Positions 16,912 to 26,341 are shown, numbered from the stretch's first letter. The stretch: DNA of 64,000 nucleotides from an uncultured Candidatus Saccharibacteria bacterium (GCA_964582295.1 CAZOQP010000001.1:148754-212753); one strand, 5' to 3'. Notes: generated from the sequence alone by a model not told the origin. Numbers and translations: made by a program.

Positions 16912-18555
16912 ATGTCAGGTAGCATAAGAACAGCAGAAGACCTCCAAGAAGCCCTAAAATCGCTTTCAGAGAGCGTAGAGGACTACAATCCTCAAGAGTA
17001 TAGATATATTCTCTATGCCCGTAAATCTACAGACGAAGCCACTAAGCAAGTCCAATCCCTTCCAGACCAACTAAGAGAGTGCAAAGAATACGCCGAGAGA
17101 AATAACTTAAAGATAGGAAAGATATTTCAAGAAGCCGAATCTGCTAAAGAGGCGGGAATAAGACCAATATTTAGAGAAATGATAGGACTTCTTGAAGCAG
17201 GAAAGTATGATGCAATTTTGGCTTGGCATCCAGATAGATTAGCTAGGAATATGCGAGATGCAGGAGAAATTATTGATTTGGTTGATAAGAGAACTATCAA
17301 AGACCTTAAATTTGTTAGCTTTGATTTTAATAATTCCGCATCAGGGAAAATGCACTTGGGAATTACCTTTGTTTTGTCCAAGCATTATTCAGACCATTTG
17401 AGCGAGAGTGTCAGTAGAGGCAACCGCAATAGAGTTGCCGAAGGGAAATATATCAATAAGCCCAAACACGGTTACATAAAAGACCCGAACCAGTATTTGA
17501 TACCTGACATCCATAACGATAACTTCATACTCATTAAAAACGCTTTTAAATTGAGATTAGAAGGTAAAACTCTTGAAGAAATTGCTGACTATCTAAGTGA
17601 AAATAACTACAGCATTACGAGAAAAAATAAGATAAAAGGGCTAGTAAGAAGTGCTTACAGAATGACCAAGCAGAGAGTGAGTAATTTTATGAAAGACCCT
17701 GTTTATACAGGCATATTGCAGTATGGAAAAAGCGGAGTGGTCAATCTGATTGAGCTTTATGGATTCCAACCAATGTTAAACGTGGAGGAGTTTATGAAGA
17801 TAAATAAGTTGGTTCATAATAAGGAGCTAATTAAGCTGGCTAGGAGCTTCCGCAAGGGAGAAGGCGTCATAGCAAACCTGATGAGAGAAATGGTTATTTG
17901 TGCAGATTGTGGCGAGACAATGACCCCTAATATTCCAAGAAACAGATATAACGATAGATATTTTTACTTCCGTTGTGATAATAGCGATTGCATTAGGAAG
18001 GGTAAATCTATAAGGGCAAAGGTAATTACCAGTTATATTTATGATTATCTTAATACCCAACCTTTTTCCTCTCCTGCTTCTTACGCTCATTATAAAGACG
18101 AGATGCGAAGGGTGTCAGAACAACGCCTAATAGAAGCCAAAAGAAATTTACGCTCCCTACAAACCCAAAAACTAAAGCTGGAGGAGAAAGTTGAAACGAT
18201 AAAGAATATGCTCGCTGGGAATGAAAGGGATGATATTAAGAATCTTTACAGAGAAGATTTGAAGCCGACCCAAGCAGAATTGAGGCAGATTGAGGAGAAA
18301 GTAGACAAAGTAAAGACCTATATAGAGGCAGGAAAGGACAGTATCTTAACTTATGAGGAATTTATTGAACTTATGGAAAATATGCCTAAGGTTATGAAGA
18401 AAATGAGAAATATGAATGAGCTGGACTATATTATCAGAAAAATCTTCTTGAACTTTACTGTAGCTCCTAAAAAGGTAATGAAATCAACGCTAAATACACC
18501 TTTTGATGCCTTAGAAGTCCAAAAAGTATCACTTGGTGCGCGGGAGAGGACTTGA
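16912..18555 (+). CDS. large serine recombinase (resolvase/invertase N-domain + recombinase domain + zinc ribbon)
   Basis: YARKSTDEATKQVQSLPDQ (catalytic Ser region), LAWHPDRLARN, zinc ribbon CADCGETM...FYFRCDNSDC, coiled-coil C-terminus; stop lies inside tRNA-Leu(GAG). Confidence 0.8.
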   Translation: MSGSIRTAEDLQEALKSLSESVEDYNPQEYRYILYARKSTDEATKQVQSLPDQLRECKEYAERNNLKIGKIFQEAESAKEAGIRPIFREMIGLLEAGKYDAILAWHPDRLARNMRDAGEIIDLVDKRTIKDLKFVSFDFNNSASGKMHLGITFVLSKHYSDHLSESVSRGNRNRVAEGKYINKPKHGYIKDPNQYLIPDIHNDNFILIKNAFKLRLEGKTLEEIADYLSENNYSITRKNKIKGLVRSAYRMTKQRVSNFMKDPVYTGILQYGKSGVVNLIELYGFQPMLNVEEFMKINKLVHNKELIKLARSFRKGEGVIANLMREMVICADCGETMTPNIPRNRYNDRYFYFRCDNSDCIRKGKSIRAKVITSYIYDYLNTQPFSSPASYAHYKDEMRRVSEQRLIEAKRNLRSLQTQKLKLEEKVETIKNMLAGNERDDIKNLYREDLKPTQAELRQIEEKVDKVKTYIEAGKDSILTYEEFIELMENMPKVMKKMRNMNELDYIIRKIFLNFTVAPKKVMKSTLNTPFDALEVQKVSLGARERT

Positions 18556-18618
18556 ACCTCCACGCCTTGCGGCATAAGAACCTCAATCTTACGTGTATAC
18601 CAATTTCACCACCCGCGC
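18534..18618 (-). tRNA. tRNA-Leu (anticodon GAG), CCA encoded
   Basis: GCGCGGGTGGTGAAATTGGTATACACG...; anticodon loop TTGAGGT; long variable arm; T-arm GGAGG-TTCAAGT-CCTCT. Confidence 0.75.
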
Positions 18619-18663
18619 GTCGCGTCATTATGCTCAATTACCGGCTCTTTTTCAAACAGGAGA

Positions 18664-19083
18664 TTATTCTTTTGCTACAGCTGCTTCTTCCGCAACTTCA
18701 GGAGCTTCGGGCACCACCTCCTCTTTGATTATTCTCACATTTCTCATCTGACGGCGGACTTCCTTAGCTGCCTTTTCACGAATGTGATAAAGCTTGGCGC
18801 GGCGTACTTTTGCACGCTTCACTATCTCTATCTTGTCTATCATGGGCGAGTAAAGAGGAAATATTTTTTCCACTCCCACGCCGGAGGCCACCTTTCTCAC
18901 AGTGAAGGTTCCGCCCGGAGTACTTCCATGTTTTACAGCGAGGATAAGACCTTCAAATGCCTGAAGGCGGATCTTTCCCTTTTCTTTGATCTTCTGCCAC
19001 ACACGCACGCTGTCGCCGCCTCTTAATCCGAGGCTGATGCGCTCATCCATGGGCGCCGAAGAGACTACGTACGTTGTTTTCAT
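18664..19083 (-). CDS. rplS: 50S ribosomal protein L19
   Basis: L19 family pattern (…FEGLILAVKHGS…RKVASGVGVEKIFPLYSP…). Confidence 0.8.
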   Translation of the reverse strand: MKTTYVVSSAPMDERISLGLRGGDSVRVWQKIKEKGKIRLQAFEGLILAVKHGSTPGGTFTVRKVASGVGVEKIFPLYSPMIDKIEIVKRAKVRRAKLYHIREKAAKEVRRQMRNVRIIKEEVVPEAPEVAEEAAVAKE

Positions 19084-19091
19084 AATGGGCG

Positions 19092-19850
19092 CTACTCTAA
19101 CACATTTGGGAGACTTTCTGCAATGCTTTGCCTGAAAGAGGTAAGAGCTGTTTCAAAATCATCAGGGTATGGCGCGATGACGCTTTTTTCCTTGCCGTCT
19201 CGGCCCGGCCAGGTGAGCTTATAGGCATGAAGAGCGGGGCGGTTCAATCCGAAAAGGCAGGGTTTACCTGATGCATAAAGGGAGTCACATACTATCGGAT
19301 GATGAACAGCTTTCAGGTGCACGCGTATCTGGTGTGTGCGGCCGGTGATAGGGAAGACATGCAGGAATGAAGCGTCGCTCCCTTTTTCACGCACTACGAA
19401 TTGAGTGGTGGCCTCGCGAAGCTCGCCGCGCGCGCCGCGCTGGGCGGAGAACTGGCGGAAATCACTAGAACTTCTTCCGATAGGGCGTTTTATGACGCCG
19501 CGTTCGTCTTTTACTGGTCCGTATACCAAAGCGTGGTATTCCTTGTGTATCTTCCTGTTCTGAAAAGCTCTTTTGAAGTATGTGTGGGAGCCCTTTGTCT
19601 TGCATAAAAGAAGAACACCCGAAGTTTCTTTATCCAGGCGGTGAACGATGCCAGGACGGAATATGGCCGTGCCATTTTTAAGCACCTCTTCTTCGCCCAC
19701 ATCTTTCATTTGCGGATAATGCTTAAGCGCCCAATCGGCGAGTGTCTCTTCCTTATGAACACCATCCGCATGCACCAGGATTCCCGCCGGCTTGTTCACT
19801 ACTACCACGTCATCATCTTCATAAAGAACGGTTATTTTTTCTTTTTTCAT
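19092..19850 (-). CDS. RluA-family pseudouridine synthase
   Basis: HRLDKETSGVLLL catalytic Asp motif; ATGA overlap with uppS stop. Confidence 0.75.
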   Translation of the reverse strand: MKKEKITVLYEDDDVVVVNKPAGILVHADGVHKEETLADWALKHYPQMKDVGEEEVLKNGTAIFRPGIVHRLDKETSGVLLLCKTKGSHTYFKRAFQNRKIHKEYHALVYGPVKDERGVIKRPIGRSSSDFRQFSAQRGARGELREATTQFVVREKGSDASFLHVFPITGRTHQIRVHLKAVHHPIVCDSLYASGKPCLFGLNRPALHAYKLTWPGRDGKEKSVIAPYPDDFETALTSFRQSIAESLPNVLE

Positions 19851-20524
19851 TTTCCGTTCCGCTTTTCGCGCTTAGCGTAATTTTCTAGCATTAAAAAGAA
19901 TTCTTCTTTTGAGAAATCCGGCCATAGTGTATCGGAGAACATAAGCTCGCTGTATGATGATTGCCATAAAAGAAAATTGGAGAGACGCATTTCTCCTCCG
20001 GTTCGGATAACAAGCTCTGGATCGGGGATGGAGGCGGTATCAAGAAAAGATGAGAATTTTTCTTCTGTGAGAGTCGCTACATCTTTAGTGGGGATATTTT
20101 TAATAGCCCTTATTATTTCGTCCCGACCTCCGTATGAAAGTGCGATAGTAAGCTTTATTTTTTCTTCGTCCGGTGCGGTACTCTTAGTTTTTTCAATTAA
20201 TTTTTGGATGTCTTCCTGAAAATCTGAAGGGTTCCCAATGAAATGCACCGAAACACCTTTCTTTTTTATTTCGCCCACCCTTTCTGTAAGTGCCCAGGTG
20301 AAAATCTTCAAGAGGCCACCCACTTCCTCTTCGGTGCGCTTCCAATTCTCGGTGGAGAAAGCATAGGCGATTACATTTTTCACTCCCTTCTCAATAGCCC
20401 AATCCACCACCTCTTCAAGTTTTTTATATCCGGCTTCGTGTCCTGTAAAAGTAGTCAGTCCGTGCTTTTTAGCGAAACGGCGGTTGCCGTCCATGATGAT
20501 GCCTAGAGTTTGGGGAATTGACAT
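19847..20524 (-). CDS. uppS: undecaprenyl diphosphate synthase (cis-prenyltransferase)
   Basis: IIMDGNRRFAKK, AFSTENWKR, RTGGEMRLSNFLLWQ. Confidence 0.85.
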   Translation of the reverse strand: MSIPQTLGIIMDGNRRFAKKHGLTTFTGHEAGYKKLEEVVDWAIEKGVKNVIAYAFSTENWKRTEEEVGGLLKIFTWALTERVGEIKKKGVSVHFIGNPSDFQEDIQKLIEKTKSTAPDEEKIKLTIALSYGGRDEIIRAIKNIPTKDVATLTEEKFSSFLDTASIPDPELVIRTGGEMRLSNFLLWQSSYSELMFSDTLWPDFSKEEFFLMLENYAKREKRNGK

Positions 20525-20530
20525 ATTTAG

Positions 20531-20603
20531 TGCGCGCTGAGGGACTTGAACCCCCGACCTTCCCGGTGTAAACGGGTTGCTCTACCAACTGAGCTAAGCG
20601 CGC
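20531..20603 (-). tRNA. tRNA-Val (anticodon TAC)
   Basis: GCGCGCTTAGCTCAGTTGGTAGAGC...; anticodon loop TTTACAC; T-arm GGGGG-TTCAAGT-CCCTC. Confidence 0.75.
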
Positions 20604-20686
20604 GTACAGAGTATCGAAATATACGTTAGCAGAAAAGTGTGTCCTTGTCGCTTATTAACTTTGTACATATACCTCATTGAATTAGG

Positions 20687-21325
20687 ATGTTCACAGTAGT
20701 CCTTTTCAATGGAGGTTATGTGCGTAACGCGATCATATTGCCGGCAGCCCCTGCTGGTGCATCCGATCTCGCCGCTTTGCTTGTGGTAGTGGCGTACCGC
20801 TTCAGTTTTTATCTCGACGAGGAAGCTTGTAGAGATAGATCAGATTTTGAGATAGATTTCACAAGGCGGGTAGAGGATTTTCTATCCACCTTACAAGTGG
20901 CACCAAAAGATTCTACCCAGATGGAGTTCCATGGATTTTCGGAAGAAGGTGTTCGGAATCAGTATGGTGCCTTATGCCGGAATTGTCCGACATGGAGCCG
21001 TAGTGCAAAACCTCGGCCGAGACGCGACCGGGGAGAGGTGCTCTCATTTGACGACATCGATGAGCTGACGTACGCCTTCGCCTGCATCATTGCTCACACT
21101 GGATACCGTAATGCAATGCGGTATCAGGAAACCCTTTCAGTGCTTCGGCGGAATGTGGTCGTCTGGTATCTGACGAATCTCGGGTATCGTTTACCCATAG
21201 GTCCTTGGCCTCATGAAGATTGGACGGCCCACCGATGCTGGCCCTGGCTTGCAGGGTTTGATGGGGCCCGGAGCGACGAAGTGGGGGCTGTTCTTTCCCA
21301 TCGTGTTCGTCGCATGAGTGCGTGA
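20687..21325 (+). CDS. hypothetical protein, markedly GC-rich
   Basis: 212-aa ORF with ATG start, Arg/Trp-rich, GC content far above local background. Confidence 0.4.
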   Translation: MFTVVLFNGGYVRNAIILPAAPAGASDLAALLVVVAYRFSFYLDEEACRDRSDFEIDFTRRVEDFLSTLQVAPKDSTQMEFHGFSEEGVRNQYGALCRNCPTWSRSAKPRPRRDRGEVLSFDDIDELTYAFACIIAHTGYRNAMRYQETLSVLRRNVVVWYLTNLGYRLPIGPWPHEDWTAHRCWPWLAGFDGARSDEVGAVLSHRVRRMSA

Positions 21326-21347
21326 GGTTTGTGAAAAGTGTGCAGTG

Positions 21348-21914
21348 TTACTTGCGGTTCCGACGTTTCGTCGGAACCGCTTTCTTTTTTGCAGGTGTTG
21401 TAAGTACGAAGCGGTAAGGTTTTTTTGCCCACACAGGCCCCGCGTAATTTACTCCGATGCGGGGAGTGGCCGAGATGTTTCGTGGCGAAACATCTCGGCC
21501 CCGATCTTCAAACCACAATCCCGTTCTCTTGTTTGCAGGTGCACCGTTCAGGATTTTATCAATTGAAAATGCACGGGTGAGGCGCCCCGGCCCGCTCCAT
21601 TTTTCGGTGCCCCGTATCAAAACCGCGGCGGGGTAATCTTTCTCTCCCGTCACCACATTCAGCATCCAGTGCATGCCGTACACGAAATAAACATATAAAG
21701 TACCTCCTTCGCAAAACATTACTTCCGTACGCTTTGTCCTGCCTTTGGCGGCATGGCAGGCGAGGTCATGCGGCCCTACATAAGCTTCAGCTTCTGTGAT
21801 CTTGTCCGCGATAATTTCTCCGTTCACTTTTCTCACTAGGTGCATCCCGATGAGATCTTTCGCCACTTTCACAGCGGGGCGGTTGAAAAAATCGGGGCCT
21901 AAAACTTTTCTCAT
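21348..21914 (-). CDS. DNA-3-methyladenine glycosylase (Mpg/AAG family)
   Basis: FFNRPAVKVAKDLIGMHLVRK, AEAYVGPHDLACHA, ATPRIGVNYAG...PYRF; listed 295-aa ORF extends upstream through tRNA-His and is probably spurious beyond M108. Confidence 0.7.
   Translation of the reverse strand: MRKVLGPDFFNRPAVKVAKDLIGMHLVRKVNGEIIADKITEAEAYVGPHDLACHAAKGRTKRTEVMFCEGGTLYVYFVYGMHWMLNVVTGEKDYPAAVLIRGTEKWSGPGRLTRAFSIDKILNGAPANKRTGLWFEDRGRDVSPRNISATPRIGVNYAGPVWAKKPYRFVLTTPAKKKAVPTKRRNRK
21354..21390. terminator. terminator hairpin gcggttccgacg-ttt-cgtcggaaccgc plus T-run
   Basis: 12-bp perfect stem followed by tttcttttttg; lies over the 3' end of the minus-strand mpg ORF. Confidence 0.6.
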
Positions 21915-21962
21915 TTTGTTAGGATACCCGAAGAGTGGTATAAATGGGAACGAACGTCTTAT

Positions 21963-22035
21963 GGTGCCTATGGTGTAAAGGTTAACACTGAAGTTTGTGG
22001 AACTTCCAATCTGGGTTCGATTCCCAGTAGGCACC
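21963..22035 (+). tRNA. tRNA-His (anticodon GTG) with encoded G-1
   Basis: G-1 + GTGCCTA acceptor pairing with discriminator C; anticodon loop TTGTGGA; T-arm CTGGG-TTCGATT-CCCAG. Confidence 0.75.
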
Positions 22036-22139
22036 CAAAAATAAGGAAACGATCCGGCGACTATATTTTTGGAGTGTCCTGAGCTTGCCGAAGGGCACCC
22101 ATTAATAAAAGTTTTTTTAGTGTGCGGTATAATTAAGGT

Positions 22140-22877
22140 ATGAAAAACATCATTGCGGCGATTGCCGGAGTTTTGGTGGTTGGGGGTGCTGTCTGGTGGG
22201 GAGTGAGCCATAGGGAAACTTCTCCTGCCGCCCAAGTGCCTGTTTCTATGCCGGATATCTCTACACCCTCTATAGCAGTTGGTGAACCTTCGTCAACATC
22301 TCCAGATGCAAAGGTCATCGCAGAACTTCAGGGTGTCTGGAAAAAATACATTGCAGCAGTAAAGGCACACGACATAACCACTGTCAGAGCCATGTCTTTC
22401 AGACAATCAACTGTTTGTGGTAATCCTTCTCTTCAAAAAGAATGTTTTGAGCTTATGGATGCTCTGGCAGAGAACGTGAGTGATTTTAAAGCCGAAGATC
22501 TCACTTTGGTGTGGTACGACGAAAAACAGGCAGTTCTCCGCAGTCCTCTTCGCCACATCGTAAATACGGACAATGAAGGATATGCCCAGTCGCGTGTATT
22601 TTTTGCAAAATCTGAGAACAGCGACGAATACAAAGTGCTTGCAGTAATGCCAGATTGGGGAAGATTTACCGGCACGATGGGCGCTACCAAAGAAGCCGTT
22701 GCCGCCCTTTTGGAAAAAGGTATTTTGGATACAGATAAGGATGGCCTCACAGATATGGAAGAGCGATGCGAAACAGGAAATGGAGAGGTGGTAGAGACAG
22801 GATGTTCCACTACCGACCAGGAAAAACGCGACACAGATGGTGACGAATGGTGGGACGGGATTGAAATATATTTTTAA
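22140..22877 (+). CDS. membrane-anchored secreted hypothetical protein with C-terminal acidic Ca-binding-like repeats
   Basis: N-terminal TM/signal, DTDKDGLTD and DTDGDEWWDG repeats; -10-like TATAAT 8 nt upstream. Confidence 0.5.
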   Translation: MKNIIAAIAGVLVVGGAVWWGVSHRETSPAAQVPVSMPDISTPSIAVGEPSSTSPDAKVIAELQGVWKKYIAAVKAHDITTVRAMSFRQSTVCGNPSLQKECFELMDALAENVSDFKAEDLTLVWYDEKQAVLRSPLRHIVNTDNEGYAQSRVFFAKSENSDEYKVLAVMPDWGRFTGTMGATKEAVAALLEKGILDTDKDGLTDMEERCETGNGEVVETGCSTTDQEKRDTDGDEWWDGIEIYF

Positions 22878-22882
22878 AAACC

Positions 22883-23353
22883 ATGAATACTCACGAAACA
22901 AATCAGCACACACCGCCCCCTCTTTCCGAGGTCAAAAAAATGCGCCCGCCGGTGCATAACGCCATATTGAAATACAAAAAAGATTTCACTTCTGTGGAAA
23001 AATTTGCCGTATGGATAACGGAAGGTATCGGGAGTATGGGTTTTTTCTGTATCATCTTTATCTGGACGCTCATTTGGCTTTCGTGGAATCTTTTCGCTCC
23101 GTCCCAATTCCAATTCGATCCGTATCCCGCTTTCGTGTTATGGCTTTTCATTTCAAACGTGATACAGATGTTCTTTTTGCCTCTTATTATGGTCGGGCAG
23201 AACCTTCAGGGCCGATACGCAGAAGCACGCGCAGAGGAGGATTTCAAGATAAATACTAAAGCCGAAAGGGAAGTGGAGGTAATACTTATGCATCTGGAGA
23301 AGCAGGAGAAAGTTTTGAACCAGATAATTTCGCGTCTTGAGAGCCGAGGATAA
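22883..23353 (+). CDS. DUF1003-family membrane protein
   Basis: Two TM helices followed by coiled-coil, typical DUF1003 layout. Confidence 0.5.
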   Translation: MNTHETNQHTPPPLSEVKKMRPPVHNAILKYKKDFTSVEKFAVWITEGIGSMGFFCIIFIWTLIWLSWNLFAPSQFQFDPYPAFVLWLFISNVIQMFFLPLIMVGQNLQGRYAEARAEEDFKINTKAEREVEVILMHLEKQEKVLNQIISRLESRG

Positions 23354-23357
23354 AGGT

Positions 23358-23843
23358 ATGGGCGAACACGCCGTATTTGCCGCTGGGTGTTTCTGGGGAG
23401 TGGAGGATGCTTTCCGTCTTACGGACGGTGTTTTGGAAACAGAAGTCGGCTACACGGGAGGTGCGGTGGAAAATCCCACATACGAAAATGTGTGTAATGG
23501 TAAAACGGGGCATGCAGAAGCCGTGCGGTTAAAATTCGATCCGGCAAAAGTTTCATATGAAGACCTTGTGAGAAAATTTTTCTCCATTCACAATCCGACC
23601 ACTAAAAATATGCAGGGCCCGGATGTAGGAGAGCAATATCGTTCGGTCATTTTTTACGCGGATGAAAAGCAAAAAGATATTGCGGAAAAAGTGAAGGCGG
23701 AATTAGAACGGTCCGCCAGCTGGCGGAATACCTGGCCAGCTCCGATAGTAACGGAGATAATCCTCGAAAAAACCTTTTATCGGGCTGAAGAATATCATCA
23801 GAAATATTTCCTGAAGAATGGCGGAGGAGTGTGTCATTCCTAG
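23358..23843 (+). CDS. msrA: peptide methionine sulfoxide reductase MsrA
   Basis: AVFAAGCFWGVE catalytic Cys motif, GYTGG, HNPTT. Confidence 0.85.
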   Translation: MGEHAVFAAGCFWGVEDAFRLTDGVLETEVGYTGGAVENPTYENVCNGKTGHAEAVRLKFDPAKVSYEDLVRKFFSIHNPTTKNMQGPDVGEQYRSVIFYADEKQKDIAEKVKAELERSASWRNTWPAPIVTEIILEKTFYRAEEYHQKYFLKNGGGVCHS

Positions 23844-23875
23844 AAGAGGCGGACTTTAAGCTGTAAGCTATAAGC

Positions 23876-24748
23876 ATGCCCTGGTATATATATGCACTTC
23901 TCGCAGCCGTTTTCTTTTCTCTAACCTCGCTGGTAGAAAAGAAAGCTCTTAATAAAGTTCATTCTTTAAGTTTTTCTTCCACTTACGCAGTTATTACATT
24001 TCTTTTTTCCCTGCCGCTCCTATTTTTCGTAGATTTCAGTGTCTTGAACCAGCAGGTTATCATCCTCATGCTCGTTACAGCTGCTTTCGGCTCTATTGCT
24101 ATCCGCTTGGCCGCGAAAGGTATGAGACATTTGGATATTTCAACAGCTGCCCCTCTTATGGCACTCAATCCTGGTGCTGCCGCCATAACCGGCTTGGTAT
24201 TTTTGGGTGAGCATCTACAGCAAAAAGATATATTAGGAATATTTTTCATGATAGTTGGGTCTTATGTTCTTTCGGTAGCGCCGCATCTCAAAATATTGGA
24301 ATCCATAAAAAAATTCTTCGGCTCAAAATACGTTATCTTCATACTTATGTCCGTGGTTTTTTACGCTCTCGGCGTAGCGGTGGACAGAACGCTTATGTCC
24401 CGCCACGCGGTTGACGTATTTTCGTACATATTTTTCGTGAATCTTTTCATGGCAGTCATGTTCTTGTTCGTGAACTCCGGCTGGGGGAGAGGTGTGCGCG
24501 GAATATCCGAGGCATTGAAAACGGATGGCGGCACTATTGCACTCGCATCTATTTTCACGGTGGCCTTCAACTTCTTTGAACTGAAAGCTCTTCAGCTAGC
24601 TTTCGTGGGTCTTGTCTCCACCATTAAGCGCTCATCTTCTTTTTTCACTACGATCATAGGGGGTGAGATATTCCACGAGAGCCGGCTTCTTCGCAAATCC
24701 ATCTCATCACTCATCATTATTTTGGGGTGTGTCTTAGTCGTATTGTAG
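23876..24748 (+). CDS. EamA/DMT-family transporter
   Basis: Ten predicted TM helices with duplicated EamA pattern. Confidence 0.6.
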   Translation: MPWYIYALLAAVFFSLTSLVEKKALNKVHSLSFSSTYAVITFLFSLPLLFFVDFSVLNQQVIILMLVTAAFGSIAIRLAAKGMRHLDISTAAPLMALNPGAAAITGLVFLGEHLQQKDILGIFFMIVGSYVLSVAPHLKILESIKKFFGSKYVIFILMSVVFYALGVAVDRTLMSRHAVDVFSYIFFVNLFMAVMFLFVNSGWGRGVRGISEALKTDGGTIALASIFTVAFNFFELKALQLAFVGLVSTIKRSSSFFTTIIGGEIFHESRLLRKSISSLIIILGCVLVVL

Positions 24749-24777
24749 GGCTTGACCTCACTTGGAGAGAGTATAAG

Positions 24778-25308
24778 ATGGACAGCGGCTGTTCTTTGTT
24801 GTACGTTCCAGCAGTTCCTTTATCAATCCCAACGAAGGGAGATACCGCAATGACCCTACCCCACGCTGGCCGCCTTTCCGCCTTTCACTTTGAACGGGCG
24901 CGAGGAAACACTTCGGCAAGCAGTGGCAGTACTACCGAACGAGGAGCCAGGGTCACACCTGCACAAGAAGTCATCACGCCTCAGGAGGCAGAGGACAGGT
25001 GCAGGGCCTGGGCGGTGCGCGTCATGATGAGGGAGCGCATCCGCAACGAACCCTGGAATACAAGCTCGGGCGTCCAGCTCGTGTTCACGGGGAGAAAGAT
25101 GGAGCTCAAAAGCCATGGGAGACACGTCAAAGACGTGGATGTCCTAGCGTTGGCTCAGATCAGGTTTGGTGATGCCGAGATGCGCATCGCCAAATATTCC
25201 ACGGAAGAAGCTTCCGTGGCCGCCGTTGGTTTGCCGGTGCAAGTGCCGGCAGAGATGGCCGAGCTTCTCGCCAATATGGTGAATCAGGTGGGAAGAAGGG
25301 TGCACTAA
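24778..25308 (+). CDS. hypothetical protein, markedly GC-rich
   Basis: ATG at 24778 just after EamA stop; Arg/Ala-rich; GC well above local background. Confidence 0.35.
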   Translation: MDSGCSLLYVPAVPLSIPTKGDTAMTLPHAGRLSAFHFERARGNTSASSGSTTERGARVTPAQEVITPQEAEDRCRAWAVRVMMRERIRNEPWNTSSGVQLVFTGRKMELKSHGRHVKDVDVLALAQIRFGDAEMRIAKYSTEEASVAAVGLPVQVPAEMAELLANMVNQVGRRVH

Positions 25309-25356
25309 AGCGACGTACGAACAAAAAAATTGAAAGACCAGAACGGTAAAAGAACG

Positions 25357-25392
25357 GGGCTGCGCAAAATAGCGCAGCCCTTTATGTTTTTT
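25357..25392 (+). terminator. rho-independent terminator
   Basis: gggctgcgc-aaaata-gcgcagccc followed by tttatgttttttg. Confidence 0.65.
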
Positions 25393-25410
25393 GAGTTAAT
25401 ATGAAGACTT

Positions 25411-26298
25411 ATGGATTTTATTACTCGCAAGGAAAAAGGATATTCCCTAGTGGATTCGGGGGATCTGCAAAGATTGGAGCGTTTCGGAGAGACTTTTTTG
25501 GTGCGTCCTGAGCCCCAGGCGCTTTGGCCTAAAAGTAATCCTTCTGCATGGCTCAAGTCTGACGGCATTTTAGGTAAGAACGGATGGTCGTTCTCAAAAA
25601 ATAGCTCGCAATCTTTTGAATGTGTAATTTCAGATATTTCAGCGAAAGTGGAAATAGGAAAAGGTAGAAATATAGGTATTTTTCCTGAACATGCGAAGCA
25701 GTGGAAAGCCCTGGAGAATTTGTGCGTATCAAGAACCGCTCGCCGAAGTAAAGTAAAAGTTATGAATCTTTTTGCACACACTGGTTTAGCATCCATCGCT
25801 TGCGCTAAAGGTGGAGCGGAGGTGACGCATGTAGATAGTTCGCGTATGGCAAGCAGTGCGGCCAAAGAGGCGGCGGCAGAGAACGGTGTTTCCGATTCCA
25901 TCCGCTTCATCACGGACGACGCACTTTCATTCCTTAAGCGCGAAGCGCGTCGCGGCAATCAATACGACCTCATCATTCTTGACCCTCCTGTTTTCGGACG
26001 GGGAAGCCAGGGGCAGGTTTTCAAAATTGAAGAAAAGATAGAGGTGCTTTTGCAGGGGGCAACTGCTCTACTCTCCCAAAAACCCCTTGGCATTCTCTTG
26101 AATGGCTATGCTTCGGAGTATTCCCATATCTCGTATGCAAATCTCCTTTCGGCCGCCACGGGTATGGAAACCCTTTCGGGAATACTTGGAATTGAAGAGG
26201 AAAATGGACGTTTTGTATTGCCTTTGGGCATATGGGCTTTCGCTGCTTTCTCTTCTGAAGCAAAAGAGGTTATAATGCGTCGGCAAAAAGTGAAATAG
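25411..26298 (+). CDS. class I SAM-dependent methyltransferase (RlmI/RlmK-like rRNA methyltransferase)
   Basis: Rossmann fold FAHTGLASIACA, DLIILDPP motif. Confidence 0.6.
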   Translation: MDFITRKEKGYSLVDSGDLQRLERFGETFLVRPEPQALWPKSNPSAWLKSDGILGKNGWSFSKNSSQSFECVISDISAKVEIGKGRNIGIFPEHAKQWKALENLCVSRTARRSKVKVMNLFAHTGLASIACAKGGAEVTHVDSSRMASSAAKEAAAENGVSDSIRFITDDALSFLKREARRGNQYDLIILDPPVFGRGSQGQVFKIEEKIEVLLQGATALLSQKPLGILLNGYASEYSHISYANLLSAATGMETLSGILGIEEENGRFVLPLGIWAFAAFSSEAKEVIMRRQKVK

Positions 26299-26341
26299 GG
26301 ATAAAACATTATTATCTTATAAATAAACGACATACACATTT

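Larger units (their letters stand above)
14152..18533. mobile_element. AT-rich integrative element (~4.4 kb) integrated at tRNA-Leu(GAG); carries large serine recombinase, XRE regulator, SEC-C protein
   Basis: Clear drop in GC relative to flanks; recombinase ORF 3' end overlaps tRNA-Leu(GAG) 3' end; bounded by two tRNA-Leu genes; 460-nt non-coding AT-rich stretch at left end. Confidence 0.6.

Noticed and set aside
21915-22235. N-terminal 107 codons of listed ORF 21348-22235 (upstream extension of mpg)
   Set aside because: The extension runs through the tRNA-His gene on the opposite strand and has no similarity to Mpg; the glycosylase homology begins at the internal Met at 21914.
22407-22913. 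Minus-strand ORFs inside the 22140-22877 secreted-protein gene
   Set aside because: Antisense to a gene with clear signal anchor and promoter; no independent support.
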